From assembly GCA_002433075.1 (NCBI GenBank), contig DJHM01000011.1, positions 216,522-280,521 on the forward strand: a stretch of DNA of 64,000 bases, in the 5' to 3' direction. Made by a program: the position numbers and the translations under genes. Shown here piece by piece: positions 8,926 through 18,068 of the stretch (position 1 is the first letter of the stretch; each line of letters starts with the position of its first letter). The DNA is from Latescibacteria bacterium UBA6620. Lineage in GTDB: Bacteria > Latescibacterota > UBA2968. Under the pieces are notes generated by a model, which ran no database searches, was not told the origin of the DNA, and saw only the letters and a program-made list of their open reading frames with translations.

Positions 8926-9579
8926 TCAGACCTTCGTCGGCTTGTCGGGCGGGAGCGGTTGTGAATCGAATCCGAAAATCCTGCGCATCTCGGGTGTCGC
9001 ACGTGCGACGACTTCTGGTTTCAGGAAGGAGCGACAACAGAAGCAGATCAAGGCGATGCGGGCGCGGTCGGTCCGGTTCGCACCCGCCGAGTGCCAGACC
9101 GCGCCGTTGAACAGCAAGACCGAACCTTTCGGCGCCTCGATCCGGATCTCGTCCGGATGCGAGGAACATTCCGGCTGGGGCCCTTCCGAAAACCGGTGAC
9201 TCCCCGGCACCAATCGGGTCCCACCGTTCTCTGGCGAGAAATCTTCGAGCAGCCACAGGCTGTTCGCTACCATAGGGAACGGCATTACACCCGACATCCT
9301 TCCCACCGCGTGATCTCGATGGTAAGCACCGTCGGGTGCCCCGGGGGAGATGATGTTCGAGGTCAGGGTACTGAGCGTGTAGTCGTCGCCCAGGAGGTAC
9401 TCGAAGAACGGAACCATCTTCGGATGCGCGACGAGTCTTTCGAACATCTCGCCTTTGTTGACGAGCCACCGAACGAGCTGTCCGTGATCGTCGGTGTGCA
9501 TCCTCGCCGAACCGTCTTCCCGCTCAGCAAGTTCCAGGAGTCGAGTCCTATAGGCGTCGATCTCGGACTCTGAGAGCAC
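8926..9579 (-). CDS. PhyH-family 2OG/Fe(II) dioxygenase
   Basis: 217 aa; YHRDH (HxD) and a distal His in VWHSAGAN. Confidence 0.75.
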   Translation of the reverse strand: MLSESEIDAYRTRLLELAEREDGSARMHTDDHGQLVRWLVNKGEMFERLVAHPKMVPFFEYLLGDDYTLSTLTSNIISPGAPDGAYHRDHAVGRMSGVMPFPMVANSLWLLEDFSPENGGTRLVPGSHRFSEGPQPECSSHPDEIRIEAPKGSVLLFNGAVWHSAGANRTDRARIALICFCCRSFLKPEVVARATPEMRRIFGFDSQPLPPDKPTKV

Positions 9580-9672
9580 GTCCGGAACGATCGAGGTCGG
9601 CCTGATGGGACTCTGGGATCGACACTGCGTGGCTTTCGGGTGTGGATCGGTATGCCAAACCGAATCGACCTG

Positions 9673-10593
9673 TCAGCCTCTCTCGCTCTCGAATTCGGGC
9701 AGATACGACTTCACAGATTCGAACGCACGATCCGCATCCTCATCCGACATTGGCGTCTTGGGTGGAGCCACCCACTTTTCCATCAGACCAAGTCGGCTCA
9801 GCACGGCTTTGCCCGCGGCCTGACCGAACGGACTCAGTCCGCGCAGAGTGCCCGCGAATTCGTTCGCTTTGTGCTGCGCGGCAAAAGCTGCGGGATAGTC
9901 CTCGGCACACCAGGCATCGTAGACTCGCGCCGCAAACTGGGGAGCGATGCCCGGCATCAGACCCGTCGTCGCGCATACACCCGCGTCGAGCAGGTGCAGT
10001 AGAAATGCCTCTCCCCCCACGACAACCCGAAAGTCGGAATCGGGCCCCAAGGTACTGAGGAAAGCGAGTGTGTTCGACGGGCTGCCGGAGCTGTCTTTCG
10101 TTCCCTGAACGCCCACCTCCGCCAGTCTCGGGACCGTCGCTGGCTCGACGGCGACTTTGGTCATCGCCGGAATGTTGTAGAGCATCACGGGGATCGGCGA
10201 GACCTTCACCAGCGTCTCGAAGAACCCGACTACCTCTTCCTGCGACATCGGGAAGTAGAACGGAGGGTTGACCAGAATGCCGTCCGCGCCCAGATCTGCC
10301 GCCGCCCTCGCCTGGTCGTGAGTGCGTTTGACGTTCGGCTGCCCGCATCCAACGATCACCGGCGCATCCTTTCCGATCTCCTCGACCACCGACCGAATGG
10401 CCACTTCCCGCTGGTCGTCGTCGACCCCTGCGAACTCACCGGAAGTGCCGACGACGACCACCCCGCGCGAGCCGTGGTCAACGGCTCGGCGTGCCACTTT
10501 CGCCATCGCTTCCCCGTCAACGGTGAAGTCCTGCTTCATCGCCGTCACGATCGCGGGAATGCTGCCCTGTAGCTTCTGTTGGAAAGGTGTCAT
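9673..10593 (-). CDS. DHDPS/N-acetylneuraminate-lyase family class I aldolase
   Basis: 306 aa; DapA/NAL family features (PAIVTAM..., GVVVVGTSGEF, YNIP); the overall TIM-barrel lyase family signature. Confidence 0.8.
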   Translation of the reverse strand: MTPFQQKLQGSIPAIVTAMKQDFTVDGEAMAKVARRAVDHGSRGVVVVGTSGEFAGVDDDQREVAIRSVVEEIGKDAPVIVGCGQPNVKRTHDQARAAADLGADGILVNPPFYFPMSQEEVVGFFETLVKVSPIPVMLYNIPAMTKVAVEPATVPRLAEVGVQGTKDSSGSPSNTLAFLSTLGPDSDFRVVVGGEAFLLHLLDAGVCATTGLMPGIAPQFAARVYDAWCAEDYPAAFAAQHKANEFAGTLRGLSPFGQAAGKAVLSRLGLMEKWVAPPKTPMSDEDADRAFESVKSYLPEFESERG

Positions 10594-10768
10594 AAGTCTC
10601 CTCGTCCGTCATTGAAATCGTTGATCTTCGATCGAAATTGTGGCCCCGATGTCATCTCGACTCGTCTTCGTGCATGCAGAGCAGGCCTTCGCACGAGGAG
10701 AGATCCCTGCGCAACAATCATTGCGTAGTCCAGACCTCCGTAGTCAGGCTCCCCAAGAAACCCAAGCT

Positions 10769-11749
10769 TCAAACTGGCCGAGCGCGCAGCCGGGCCAATT
10801 CGGCATTCTGCATCTCCTCACTCCGCCCCGCATCCTCGTTATCCAGCCCCGCGTCCGACTCGGCATCTCCTGCCACCCGACAGTTCAGCAGCTCGCGGGT
10901 CTCTTCCTGCTCATCGTAGAGACACGCACGATGAAGTAGTCTTCTGTTGTCGAACACAATCAGATCGCCCACCTGCCATTCGTGCTCGTAGACCCTGGGT
11001 GGGCGACACGCTTCCGTCTCGAGCTCGCGAAGCAACGCATCCCCCTCCTCGAGCGGTATCCCGGGAATCCCGAAAGAATGCCTTCCCAGAAAGAGGGATC
11101 GACGACCCGTCACTGGATGAATTCTCACGAGCGGTCGTAGCGGACATTCGGCTCGCATACCAAGGCCGTACGCACCGTCCTCTGGCGTGTCCCCGACGAG
11201 AGCGTGGAGCGTGGTTTCGTTCTCCCTTGTGTGAACCCGTGTGGTCCCCACCAGATTCGAATGGTAGGCGTTCAAGTCTGCGATTCTGCCCTTCGTCAAC
11301 GTATCCAGTGCGTCGTAGGCAGCCCCCATATCGGCGAAGGCCGTCTGACCTCCCTCTTCGGCGACGGACGCAGCCGAAAGAAAGCAGACCTTCGGCATCA
11401 CGTGGTTGAAAGTTCCATCCGTATGCCAGTAACGCGTCGGATAACTGAGCGTGAGCCAGGTTGCGTCCTGCTCCGTAAGTAGAGTCTGGTCCTTACGTCT
11501 GTTCGATATGCTGGCCGCTCGGCCCGCGCCTTTCGCGCCCCCTCCCTGAAGAGACCCGAACCGCTTTGCGAAAACAGGCAGGGCTTCCGCGTCCAGGCCT
11601 TGACCGGGAAAAATGAGCGCGCCGAACTCGTAAAACGCAGTCTCGACGCCCTCCCAGGTCGCATCGGACAGATCTTTCAGGTTGATCCCGGTGACCACCG
11701 CACCGAACGACGTGCCGGGGAGCGGCTCGATATTCATCGTTTCGTCCAT
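10769..11749 (-). CDS. TauD/TfdA-family alpha-ketoglutarate-dependent dioxygenase
   Basis: 326 aa; WHTDGTF (HxD), TauD-like layout (FGAVVTGINL..., RLLHRA). Confidence 0.8.
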   Translation of the reverse strand: MDETMNIEPLPGTSFGAVVTGINLKDLSDATWEGVETAFYEFGALIFPGQGLDAEALPVFAKRFGSLQGGGAKGAGRAASISNRRKDQTLLTEQDATWLTLSYPTRYWHTDGTFNHVMPKVCFLSAASVAEEGGQTAFADMGAAYDALDTLTKGRIADLNAYHSNLVGTTRVHTRENETTLHALVGDTPEDGAYGLGMRAECPLRPLVRIHPVTGRRSLFLGRHSFGIPGIPLEEGDALLRELETEACRPPRVYEHEWQVGDLIVFDNRRLLHRACLYDEQEETRELLNCRVAGDAESDAGLDNEDAGRSEEMQNAELARLRARPV

Positions 11750-11759
11750 CGCCTATCCT

Positions 11760-12071
11760 TCAGTCCTGACTCGAATCGGTCTTCGTCTGCACTTCGAAAT
11801 CGGTCTCAATCCCCACGAACCAACCCGTGGAAAGATTGCAGATCACTGCGCCCGCAACTCCTCCAACGAACCCCGCGATCGCACCGAGGATCGGCATGGT
11901 GGGAATCGCCAGAAAAGCCAGCACCGTCCCTGTGTTGAACCCTGTCGTCGCGGCGTCGTAGATCGCTCCCACGCCGGAGTAAAGAAGTCCCGCGGCCAGA
12001 CCTGCCATACCGAGGATCGAGGCGACCAGCTTTCCGAAGAACAGAAGACCGATTCGTTTCAGGCGTGCCAT
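11760..12071 (-). CDS. small glycine-rich membrane protein (hypothetical)
   Basis: 103 aa, two or three TM segments rich in GxxxG/A (AIAGFVGGVAGAVICN) and an acidic C-terminal tail. Located between a PhyH gene and the TauD gene. Confidence 0.4.
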   Translation of the reverse strand: MARLKRIGLLFFGKLVASILGMAGLAAGLLYSGVGAIYDAATTGFNTGTVLAFLAIPTMPILGAIAGFVGGVAGAVICNLSTGWFVGIETDFEVQTKTDSSQD

Positions 12072-12104
12072 CGTTCGGGCGAGGTCTCGATCGCGTCCCC
12101 GAAC

Positions 12105-12911
12105 CTATGGAGCGGAGCCCACGCCTCGTCGGTAGAGCAGGGGCACCAGGTCGTCGTTGTCGATCGGGTCACCCACGGACAATGATTCTGCATACGCTTT
12201 CGGCAGGACGTTCTTGTTCCCGTTGTAGGTCGAACCATCCGGCATGAACGCGCACGTCATCGCCCGCCTGGCACCCCTCGTCATATTCGCGCCAGCGCCG
12301 TGCACGGTCAGGCCGTTGTGGAAAGAGCAAGCGCCCGCCCTCATCGGAGCGGGAACTGGATCGACCGACTGCAGGGCAGGGTTCTGCTGAAAAATCTCGG
12401 CCATCGGTCGACTGGTCCCAACATCCTCGTACCGCTCGTGATGGGAGCCTGGCACAAAATAGAGACAGCCGTTGTGCGTCGTCACTTCGTCCAACGCAAT
12501 CCAGATGGAGACCGCGTGGTCCGACGTAAACGACCACTTCGGGTTGTCCTGGTGCCACGAAGTGGGATTCCCCCACGGCATTTTGATCAACGTCTGGTCG
12601 TGCCAGACGCGGATCCCGTCCACCCCCTCGAGATCGGCAGCCATCTTCCCGATTCGCTCGTCCAGCATGAGCGCTCGAACCTTATCGTGGTCCATCCAGA
12701 GCTGGAGTCGCTGTTTGAAAACCGCCGAATCGGACCCCCCGAACTTCTTGCCTTCTTCCCCCGGCAGACGGGCTTCGCCTCGCGTCTCTACCGCTTCTCC
12801 GACCGCATCGCGCCACGCCTCCAGTTCGTTGTCCGTCAGAAAATCGTGAATGACGACGAATCCGTTCTCGTGATACGATTCAATTTCCGCCTGGGTAAGT
12901 TCCGATCTCAT
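12105..12911 (-). CDS. PhyH-family 2OG/Fe(II) dioxygenase
   Basis: 268 aa; PhyH-like, highly similar in layout to 4191..5003 (WHQD, HNGLTVHGAGAN). Confidence 0.8.
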   Translation of the reverse strand: MRSELTQAEIESYHENGFVVIHDFLTDNELEAWRDAVGEAVETRGEARLPGEEGKKFGGSDSAVFKQRLQLWMDHDKVRALMLDERIGKMAADLEGVDGIRVWHDQTLIKMPWGNPTSWHQDNPKWSFTSDHAVSIWIALDEVTTHNGCLYFVPGSHHERYEDVGTSRPMAEIFQQNPALQSVDPVPAPMRAGACSFHNGLTVHGAGANMTRGARRAMTCAFMPDGSTYNGNKNVLPKAYAESLSVGDPIDNDDLVPLLYRRGVGSAP

Positions 12912-12953
12912 ACGCCTCCACGTTGAATGAACGAATCCTGGATGGTGGAGTGT

Positions 12954-13991
12954 CTATCCGCTGAGGACTTCGTGGTTCCGGTCTTCACCCGTCAGGGGCA
13001 GATCGACGAACTGGCCGTCTCTGTGGTGCGAAGCGTGGAATCCCACGATGGCTTCGAAGGTCAGTCGTCCCTCCTCCGCGTCGTATGGAAACTCCGCGTT
13101 TCCGTCCAGATGCTGGACGATCTCGTCGACGGCACGATCCATTCCGGTAGGCGATGTCGGGGGCGGTTCCCAGAGTTCGGTTGAACCATCCCATTTCTCG
13201 ATCGTCACTTCGGCCTGGTTCGTCAGCGTTCGGCCGAGGGTACCGTTAATCGTCTTGATTCCGGGCATCGTCGCGTAGTCCGGGGCATCCACTGTCGCGC
13301 GAAGGTTCCCTTCCAGAACGAGGGTCCCCCATCCACCCGGATCCGTGAACTCATCCCCCCGACAATCCGGCTTGCCCGCCAGATCGAGATGACCGGAGAC
13401 CCGCGTCACTTTACGCCCCGTGAGCATCATCAGCCCGTCGATCATATGCGTACCCACGTTACCCAGTCTGCCGTTCCCCCATTGCAGGTTCGCGGAAGTG
13501 AGCTCGCCCAATTCGCCCGCCGCGATATAGTCTCTCAGCCGTCGACAGTTTGAGTTAAACCGCCGTTGATGGTTCAGCACGAGCAACGACCCAGCCTTCT
13601 TGCACGCTTCGACCATCCGATCCGCGTCGGAGAGCCGGGTCGCGATCGGTTTCTCACAGTAGATCGCACGGATTCCAGCGTCCACACACGCCTCGACGAT
13701 CTCTGCGTGATACGGTGCATAGGTCGCCACACTGATGATATCGAACGACTCCTTTTCCAGTAGTTCGCTCCATTGTTCATAGGTGCGGGCGCCCGTCCGG
13801 GCCTCGAATCGTTCGCGACGTCCTGGGTCCCGGGTGCTCCCCGCCACGACGTCGACTCGGGGATGGTTTTCGTAGCCCGCAACGTGAGTCCCGTCCAGAT
13901 TCACGACCTGTTGGCCCAGCGCGTCACCAGAGATCTGATCCCCGCCGCCGATGAAACCCAGTCCGATGATACCGGCTTTGTACTGTGTCAT
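12954..13991 (-). CDS. Gfo/Idh/MocA family oxidoreductase
   Basis: 345 aa; MTQYKAGIIGLGFIGGG Rossmann motif. Confidence 0.85.
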   Translation of the reverse strand: MTQYKAGIIGLGFIGGGDQISGDALGQQVVNLDGTHVAGYENHPRVDVVAGSTRDPGRRERFEARTGARTYEQWSELLEKESFDIISVATYAPYHAEIVEACVDAGIRAIYCEKPIATRLSDADRMVEACKKAGSLLVLNHQRRFNSNCRRLRDYIAAGELGELTSANLQWGNGRLGNVGTHMIDGLMMLTGRKVTRVSGHLDLAGKPDCRGDEFTDPGGWGTLVLEGNLRATVDAPDYATMPGIKTINGTLGRTLTNQAEVTIEKWDGSTELWEPPPTSPTGMDRAVDEIVQHLDGNAEFPYDAEEGRLTFEAIVGFHASHHRDGQFVDLPLTGEDRNHEVLSG

Positions 13992-14025
13992 TGAGTCATT
14001 GCTCCCGCACGTGTCATATCACGAA

Positions 14026-15138
14026 CTATGAAAGAACCGCTGTCTTCCTGTTCTGGATCAGCTCGAAATCGATCTTCGCTCCCAAACCGGGCTCATCGAT
14101 CGCGTGCATCATCCCGTCAGAATCGGGTTCGGCCTCTTCGATCAGACCATACTTCTGCGCCCCTCCGGGCAGAAGGATCTCGAAATACTCGGTGTTCTTG
14201 ATGGCCATCGTGGCCTGAAGGTTGGCGATGTTGTTCAGCGAGTTTCCGCCGTGGTGGATTTCGTAATTCATATGGAAAGCTTCGGCCAGATGGGCAGTCT
14301 TCATCACCGCCGTGATGCCCCCCTTGACGGCGACATCGCCACGCAGATAGTCGGTCGCCTGGGAAACAAGCCACGGAGCGTAAGCAGTGAATCCCCCGGG
14401 TGAATGCTCCGTCGCCATAATCGGAATATCGAGATGGTTTTTCAGCTTTACGTAGCCAAGCATATCGTCACCCGCGAGCGGATCCTCGTACCAGTAATAG
14501 CCGAGTTCCTGAATCGCCTTGCCCACCTCGAGGGCCTGGGGGTAGTCGTAGCCCCAAATCGAGTCCAACATCAGCGGATAGTCATGCCCCACGGCCTTTC
14601 GGACTGCCGTGCAGACCTCGATATCCTCCCGAACGTCCACCGCGGGTGGATGAATCTTGTATCCCCGCAGGCCCTTCGCCTGATACTCCGTCGCTTCGGC
14701 CACGTAGGCCTCCGGAGAGGCAAGACGGGGTGAGCTGACGTAGGCAGGTATGGAGTCCCGGTAGCTTCCCAGCAGTCGATGGATCGGCAGCCCCACGATC
14801 TTCCCTCCGAGGTCCCACAACGCGACGTCCACCGCGCCGACCGCACGCATGGTCGTATTCCGCTGGATGTTGATCATCGGCTCGAACAGTCGCTCCCGGT
14901 CCAGCGGGTTCTGGCCCAGAACGATCGGCTTCAAGTATCGGATGAGAGACCCGGCGTCGAACTCGGCGCTTCGTCCGGAGGATCCGAGGAAAGCGTGGCC
15001 TTCAACACCCTCGTCTGTCGAAAGGGTCAAAAGTCCGAGCTGGCTGTCCCCACCGATGGCCCCGGTATGCCGCTTGGCGATGCCCTTCGGGATGCCCTCC
15101 CATTTGAAGAGCGTGACCGTGAGATCCGTAATCTTCAT
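14026..15138 (-). CDS. enolase-superfamily dehydratase (mandelate racemase/muconate lactonizing enzyme family)
   Basis: Start at MKITDLTVTLF (AGGAG 6 nt upstream). MR/MLE family features (AVDVALWDLGGK, KIHP, metal-ligand region). Confidence 0.8.
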   Translation of the reverse strand: MKITDLTVTLFKWEGIPKGIAKRHTGAIGGDSQLGLLTLSTDEGVEGHAFLGSSGRSAEFDAGSLIRYLKPIVLGQNPLDRERLFEPMINIQRNTTMRAVGAVDVALWDLGGKIVGLPIHRLLGSYRDSIPAYVSSPRLASPEAYVAEATEYQAKGLRGYKIHPPAVDVREDIEVCTAVRKAVGHDYPLMLDSIWGYDYPQALEVGKAIQELGYYWYEDPLAGDDMLGYVKLKNHLDIPIMATEHSPGGFTAYAPWLVSQATDYLRGDVAVKGGITAVMKTAHLAEAFHMNYEIHHGGNSLNNIANLQATMAIKNTEYFEILLPGGAQKYGLIEEAEPDSDGMMHAIDEPGLGAKIDFELIQNRKTAVLS

Positions 15139-15157
15139 TCCGTACTCCTGAGGCCTT

Positions 15158-15994
15158 TCACACCATTCTCTGGCCGCCATCGATGTGAATCGACTGGCCC
15201 GTGATCGAACTCGCATCATCGGAAACGAGGAAGGCCACGAGGTTTCCGATCTCCTCGGGCGTCTGTCCTCTCCCCAGCGGAATCATATCGGCCACATTCT
15301 GATCGAAGATTTCCTGGGGCGCCTTCTCCGCAAGAGAAGGATCCTTCCGCTGTTTTTCAGCGATCGCCGTCACGTGGAAATCGGACCAGACACGACCGGG
15401 GCAGATGGCGTTCACGTTGATGTTGTGCGGTCCGAGACTCGACGCGAGATACTGCGTGTAGTTAATCACGGCAGCTTTGGAGGGTCCATAAGGACTGCCG
15501 AAACCTGCTCCGCCGGGCGGACCCCACAGGATCGGCCCCCTGCCCGCGCCTGACGACGTATTCACGATCTTGCCGTACTTCCGCTCGATGAAATGGCCGA
15601 GGACTGCCTTCGTGCAGCGCATCACGCCCTGAACGTTGATGTCCATCACGGTCGCCCAGTTCTCTTCCCAATCGTCTTCCAGGCCCCCACCCGCCTTCCC
15701 CGCCACGCGGCCGATCCCCGCGTTGTTGACGAGAATGTCCAGATGCCCGAAGCCTTCAATAACCTCCGCAACCGCAGGGCCCACCGAGTCCGGATCGGTC
15801 ACATCCAGATGGACCGAAAAACTCTTTCGACCCAGCGCTTCGATCTCCCCCGCCACGGCGCCTGCGCCCTCGTCGTTGATGTCGGCGATGGCAACGTCGG
15901 CCCCCTGTTCGGCGAGCTTGAGAGCGATCCCACGGCCGATCCCCTGACCGCCGCCCGTCACCAGAGCTGTCTTACCCGAAAGGTCTGCGAGCAT
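15158..15994 (-). CDS. SDR-family short-chain dehydrogenase/reductase
   Basis: 278 aa; TALVTGGGQGIGRGIA (TGxxxGxG), NNAG, catalytic-region layout. Confidence 0.85.
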   Translation of the reverse strand: MLADLSGKTALVTGGGQGIGRGIALKLAEQGADVAIADINDEGAGAVAGEIEALGRKSFSVHLDVTDPDSVGPAVAEVIEGFGHLDILVNNAGIGRVAGKAGGGLEDDWEENWATVMDINVQGVMRCTKAVLGHFIERKYGKIVNTSSGAGRGPILWGPPGGAGFGSPYGPSKAAVINYTQYLASSLGPHNINVNAICPGRVWSDFHVTAIAEKQRKDPSLAEKAPQEIFDQNVADMIPLGRGQTPEEIGNLVAFLVSDDASSITGQSIHIDGGQRMV

Positions 15995-16014
15995 GGTTTT
16001 GCCTGACGCCTTCG

Positions 16015-17130
16015 TTAGGGCACGTTCACCGGACGGTTCGTCTTGCTGGATTCGAGAGCCGCCTGCACGACCGCCACGGTGTCACGTCCATCCGTTTCAT
16101 TGAGGATGGTGTCTTCCCCCGTATCGATCGCGGTCGCGAAGTTCTCCATCAACAGAAAGTCGTTTTCGTTCGCGATCCGTTCGTGCTTGAACTCGGCCTT
16201 GGGTTGATCGCGGTAATAGATACCCACTTCCGGTCGAGCCTCACTGATGACAAGGCCGCCTTTCGTACCCAGGGCGTTAATCTTGATCTCCCCAATGTCC
16301 GGGTGACTGGCTGCTCCGATCCGTCCCATACACAGCGTCCCCACGAGGCCCTCGTCCATCTCGAAAGAAACTGCCGCCAGGTCATCGATATTGTTGTCCA
16401 CGTTGGCCTGGTGAAAGTGAGTGGCCGTCGTCGTAAACACCCGCGTGATCTTCGCCCCGGTCAGTACGCGGACGTAACCAAGGGGATAGATCCCCTCGAT
16501 CTGCAGCTCACCCAGTGGCGCAACACCGACGCCCCCATCCGATCCGTCGGCGTGGGCGTCCCGCTGGCGCTCGAGCCAGTTGATCGGGGAATTCCCTTGC
16601 GCCCGGCTTCCCTTGGGAGGGCCCGCGTCCTTCGAAAAGTAGAAATCGACGTGGATCGCGTAGAGATCGCCGATGGTCCCCGCTTCGATCGTCTCGCGGG
16701 CCTGAATCACCGCAGGCAAAAAGTTGCGATTCCACAACAGATACCTGACCTGATTCCTCTGAACGGCCTCCACCACGCGATCGCATTCCGACAACCGGTT
16801 CGACATCGGCTTGTCGGAGATCACGTGCAGGCCGGCGTTCGATGCCCGGACGGCCAGATCGCAATGCCGCTCCGCTTCCGAGCTCACCACCGCAAGGTCC
16901 AGATCGTAGTCTGAGAACGCCTTTTCGACATCCTTGACGTAGGGGATGTCGAAGCGGTCGGCGAACTCCTGGTTGCGTTCGTGGACCCACTCGGGAGCGG
17001 ACGCGTCGTCGGCTACGGCCACCAGTTCGAATCGCGGATGCGCATCCACGGCGAGCGGAATGTACTCGTGTTTGACGATGCTTAGGACCAGCGCCTTGAA
17101 CGGCCTGTCATTCGAACTCATAGCTGCCAT
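16015..17130 (-). CDS. Gfo/Idh/MocA-family oxidoreductase
   Basis: 371 aa; N-terminal dinucleotide-binding-like fold and C-terminal alpha/beta domain typical of the family. Confidence 0.75.
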   Translation of the reverse strand: MAAMSSNDRPFKALVLSIVKHEYIPLAVDAHPRFELVAVADDASAPEWVHERNQEFADRFDIPYVKDVEKAFSDYDLDLAVVSSEAERHCDLAVRASNAGLHVISDKPMSNRLSECDRVVEAVQRNQVRYLLWNRNFLPAVIQARETIEAGTIGDLYAIHVDFYFSKDAGPPKGSRAQGNSPINWLERQRDAHADGSDGGVGVAPLGELQIEGIYPLGYVRVLTGAKITRVFTTTATHFHQANVDNNIDDLAAVSFEMDEGLVGTLCMGRIGAASHPDIGEIKINALGTKGGLVISEARPEVGIYYRDQPKAEFKHERIANENDFLLMENFATAIDTGEDTILNETDGRDTVAVVQAALESSKTNRPVNVP

Positions 17131-18043
17131 CCTTCCATACCGCGACGCTACCGACTCGCCCCAGCACGGTATCGGAGACGTCGAGGACGTCTGCTGCGTC
17201 CTGCGTCGTGAGGGTTTCCGCGGCCTCGCCTCTCACGTGATTCACGAAGGCCTTCAGCTGGCCGATGAGGTGCGCCTCCCCCTGACCGGTTCGAATGGCG
17301 TGGGGGTGCACACCGTCGACGACCAGGTTCATGTTGCGATGATCGTCGGCGTAGGCCGCTCCCGTTCCGCCGATGACCGTCAGAGAAAAGTAATCGCCCC
17401 CGTCGGGAAGGTCCGCCGTGTCGTCGATGACCACCATCCCGTCGCCTTCGAACTGCAGATGCACCTGGATGTAGTCCTTGCCCGAAGTGCCCTGGAGGGA
17501 GAAGATCTTCGTCGGTCGGTGCCCGAAGAACCACGTGGCGATGTCGATCGCGGGGATGATTCGATCCGCCATATCGCTTGCCTCCGAATGCCAGCGATGG
17601 AGCCGAATCAATCCGATCTCCCCCAGCTTCCCCGCGTCCAGGCTGGCTTTGAGCGATTGGATTGCGGGGATGAATCGCCACGTGAAGGCCGGCACCAGCG
17701 CGCTCCCGTTCATCTCCGAAGTCAGTGCGGCCAGCGCTCCATGGCTGCTGGCCAGAAGAGGCCCCGCCAGGATGGGTTTCCCAGCTTTGCCTGCCGATTT
17801 CGCAGCCTCTTGCAACGACTCGGAAGCTGAGTGAATCACGAACGCATCTAGCTCCTTCGAATGACCCTCCACCAGAGCGTCGATCGAGTCCTCCACGACG
17901 AATGCCCCGAGCGCTTCCTTTCCTTTCGCGGCGTCCGCCCCGTCCATAGGCACGAAGGCCGACCAGTTCGCACCTTCGATCCGGTTCGTGATCGACCCGT
18001 ATCTCACCGCTTCAGACGCTGATCCTGCGAAAGCCAGATTCAA
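17108..18043 (-). CDS. Gfo/Idh/MocA-like protein with a degenerate Rossmann motif
   Basis: TTG/GTG start at about 18043-18046, preceded by AAGGAGG. VLNLAFAGSASEA replaces GxGxxG, but DAFVIHSASESLQEAAKSAGKAGKPIL aligns with the family's helix. The first ~90 codons of the ORF-track frame are wrong-frame overlap with the upstream gene. Confidence 0.5.
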   Translation of the reverse strand: MNLAFAGSASEAVRYGSITNRIEGANWSAFVPMDGADAAKGKEALGAFVVEDSIDALVEGHSKELDAFVIHSASESLQEAAKSAGKAGKPILAGPLLASSHGALAALTSEMNGSALVPAFTWRFIPAIQSLKASLDAGKLGEIGLIRLHRWHSEASDMADRIIPAIDIATWFFGHRPTKIFSLQGTSGKDYIQVHLQFEGDGMVVIDDTADLPDGGDYFSLTVIGGTGAAYADDHRNMNLVVDGVHPHAIRTGQGEAHLIGQLKAFVNHVRGEAAETLTTQDAADVLDVSDTVLGRVGSVAVWKDGSYEFE

Positions 18044-18068
18044 CACACGCCTCCTTGATACGTCGCCA

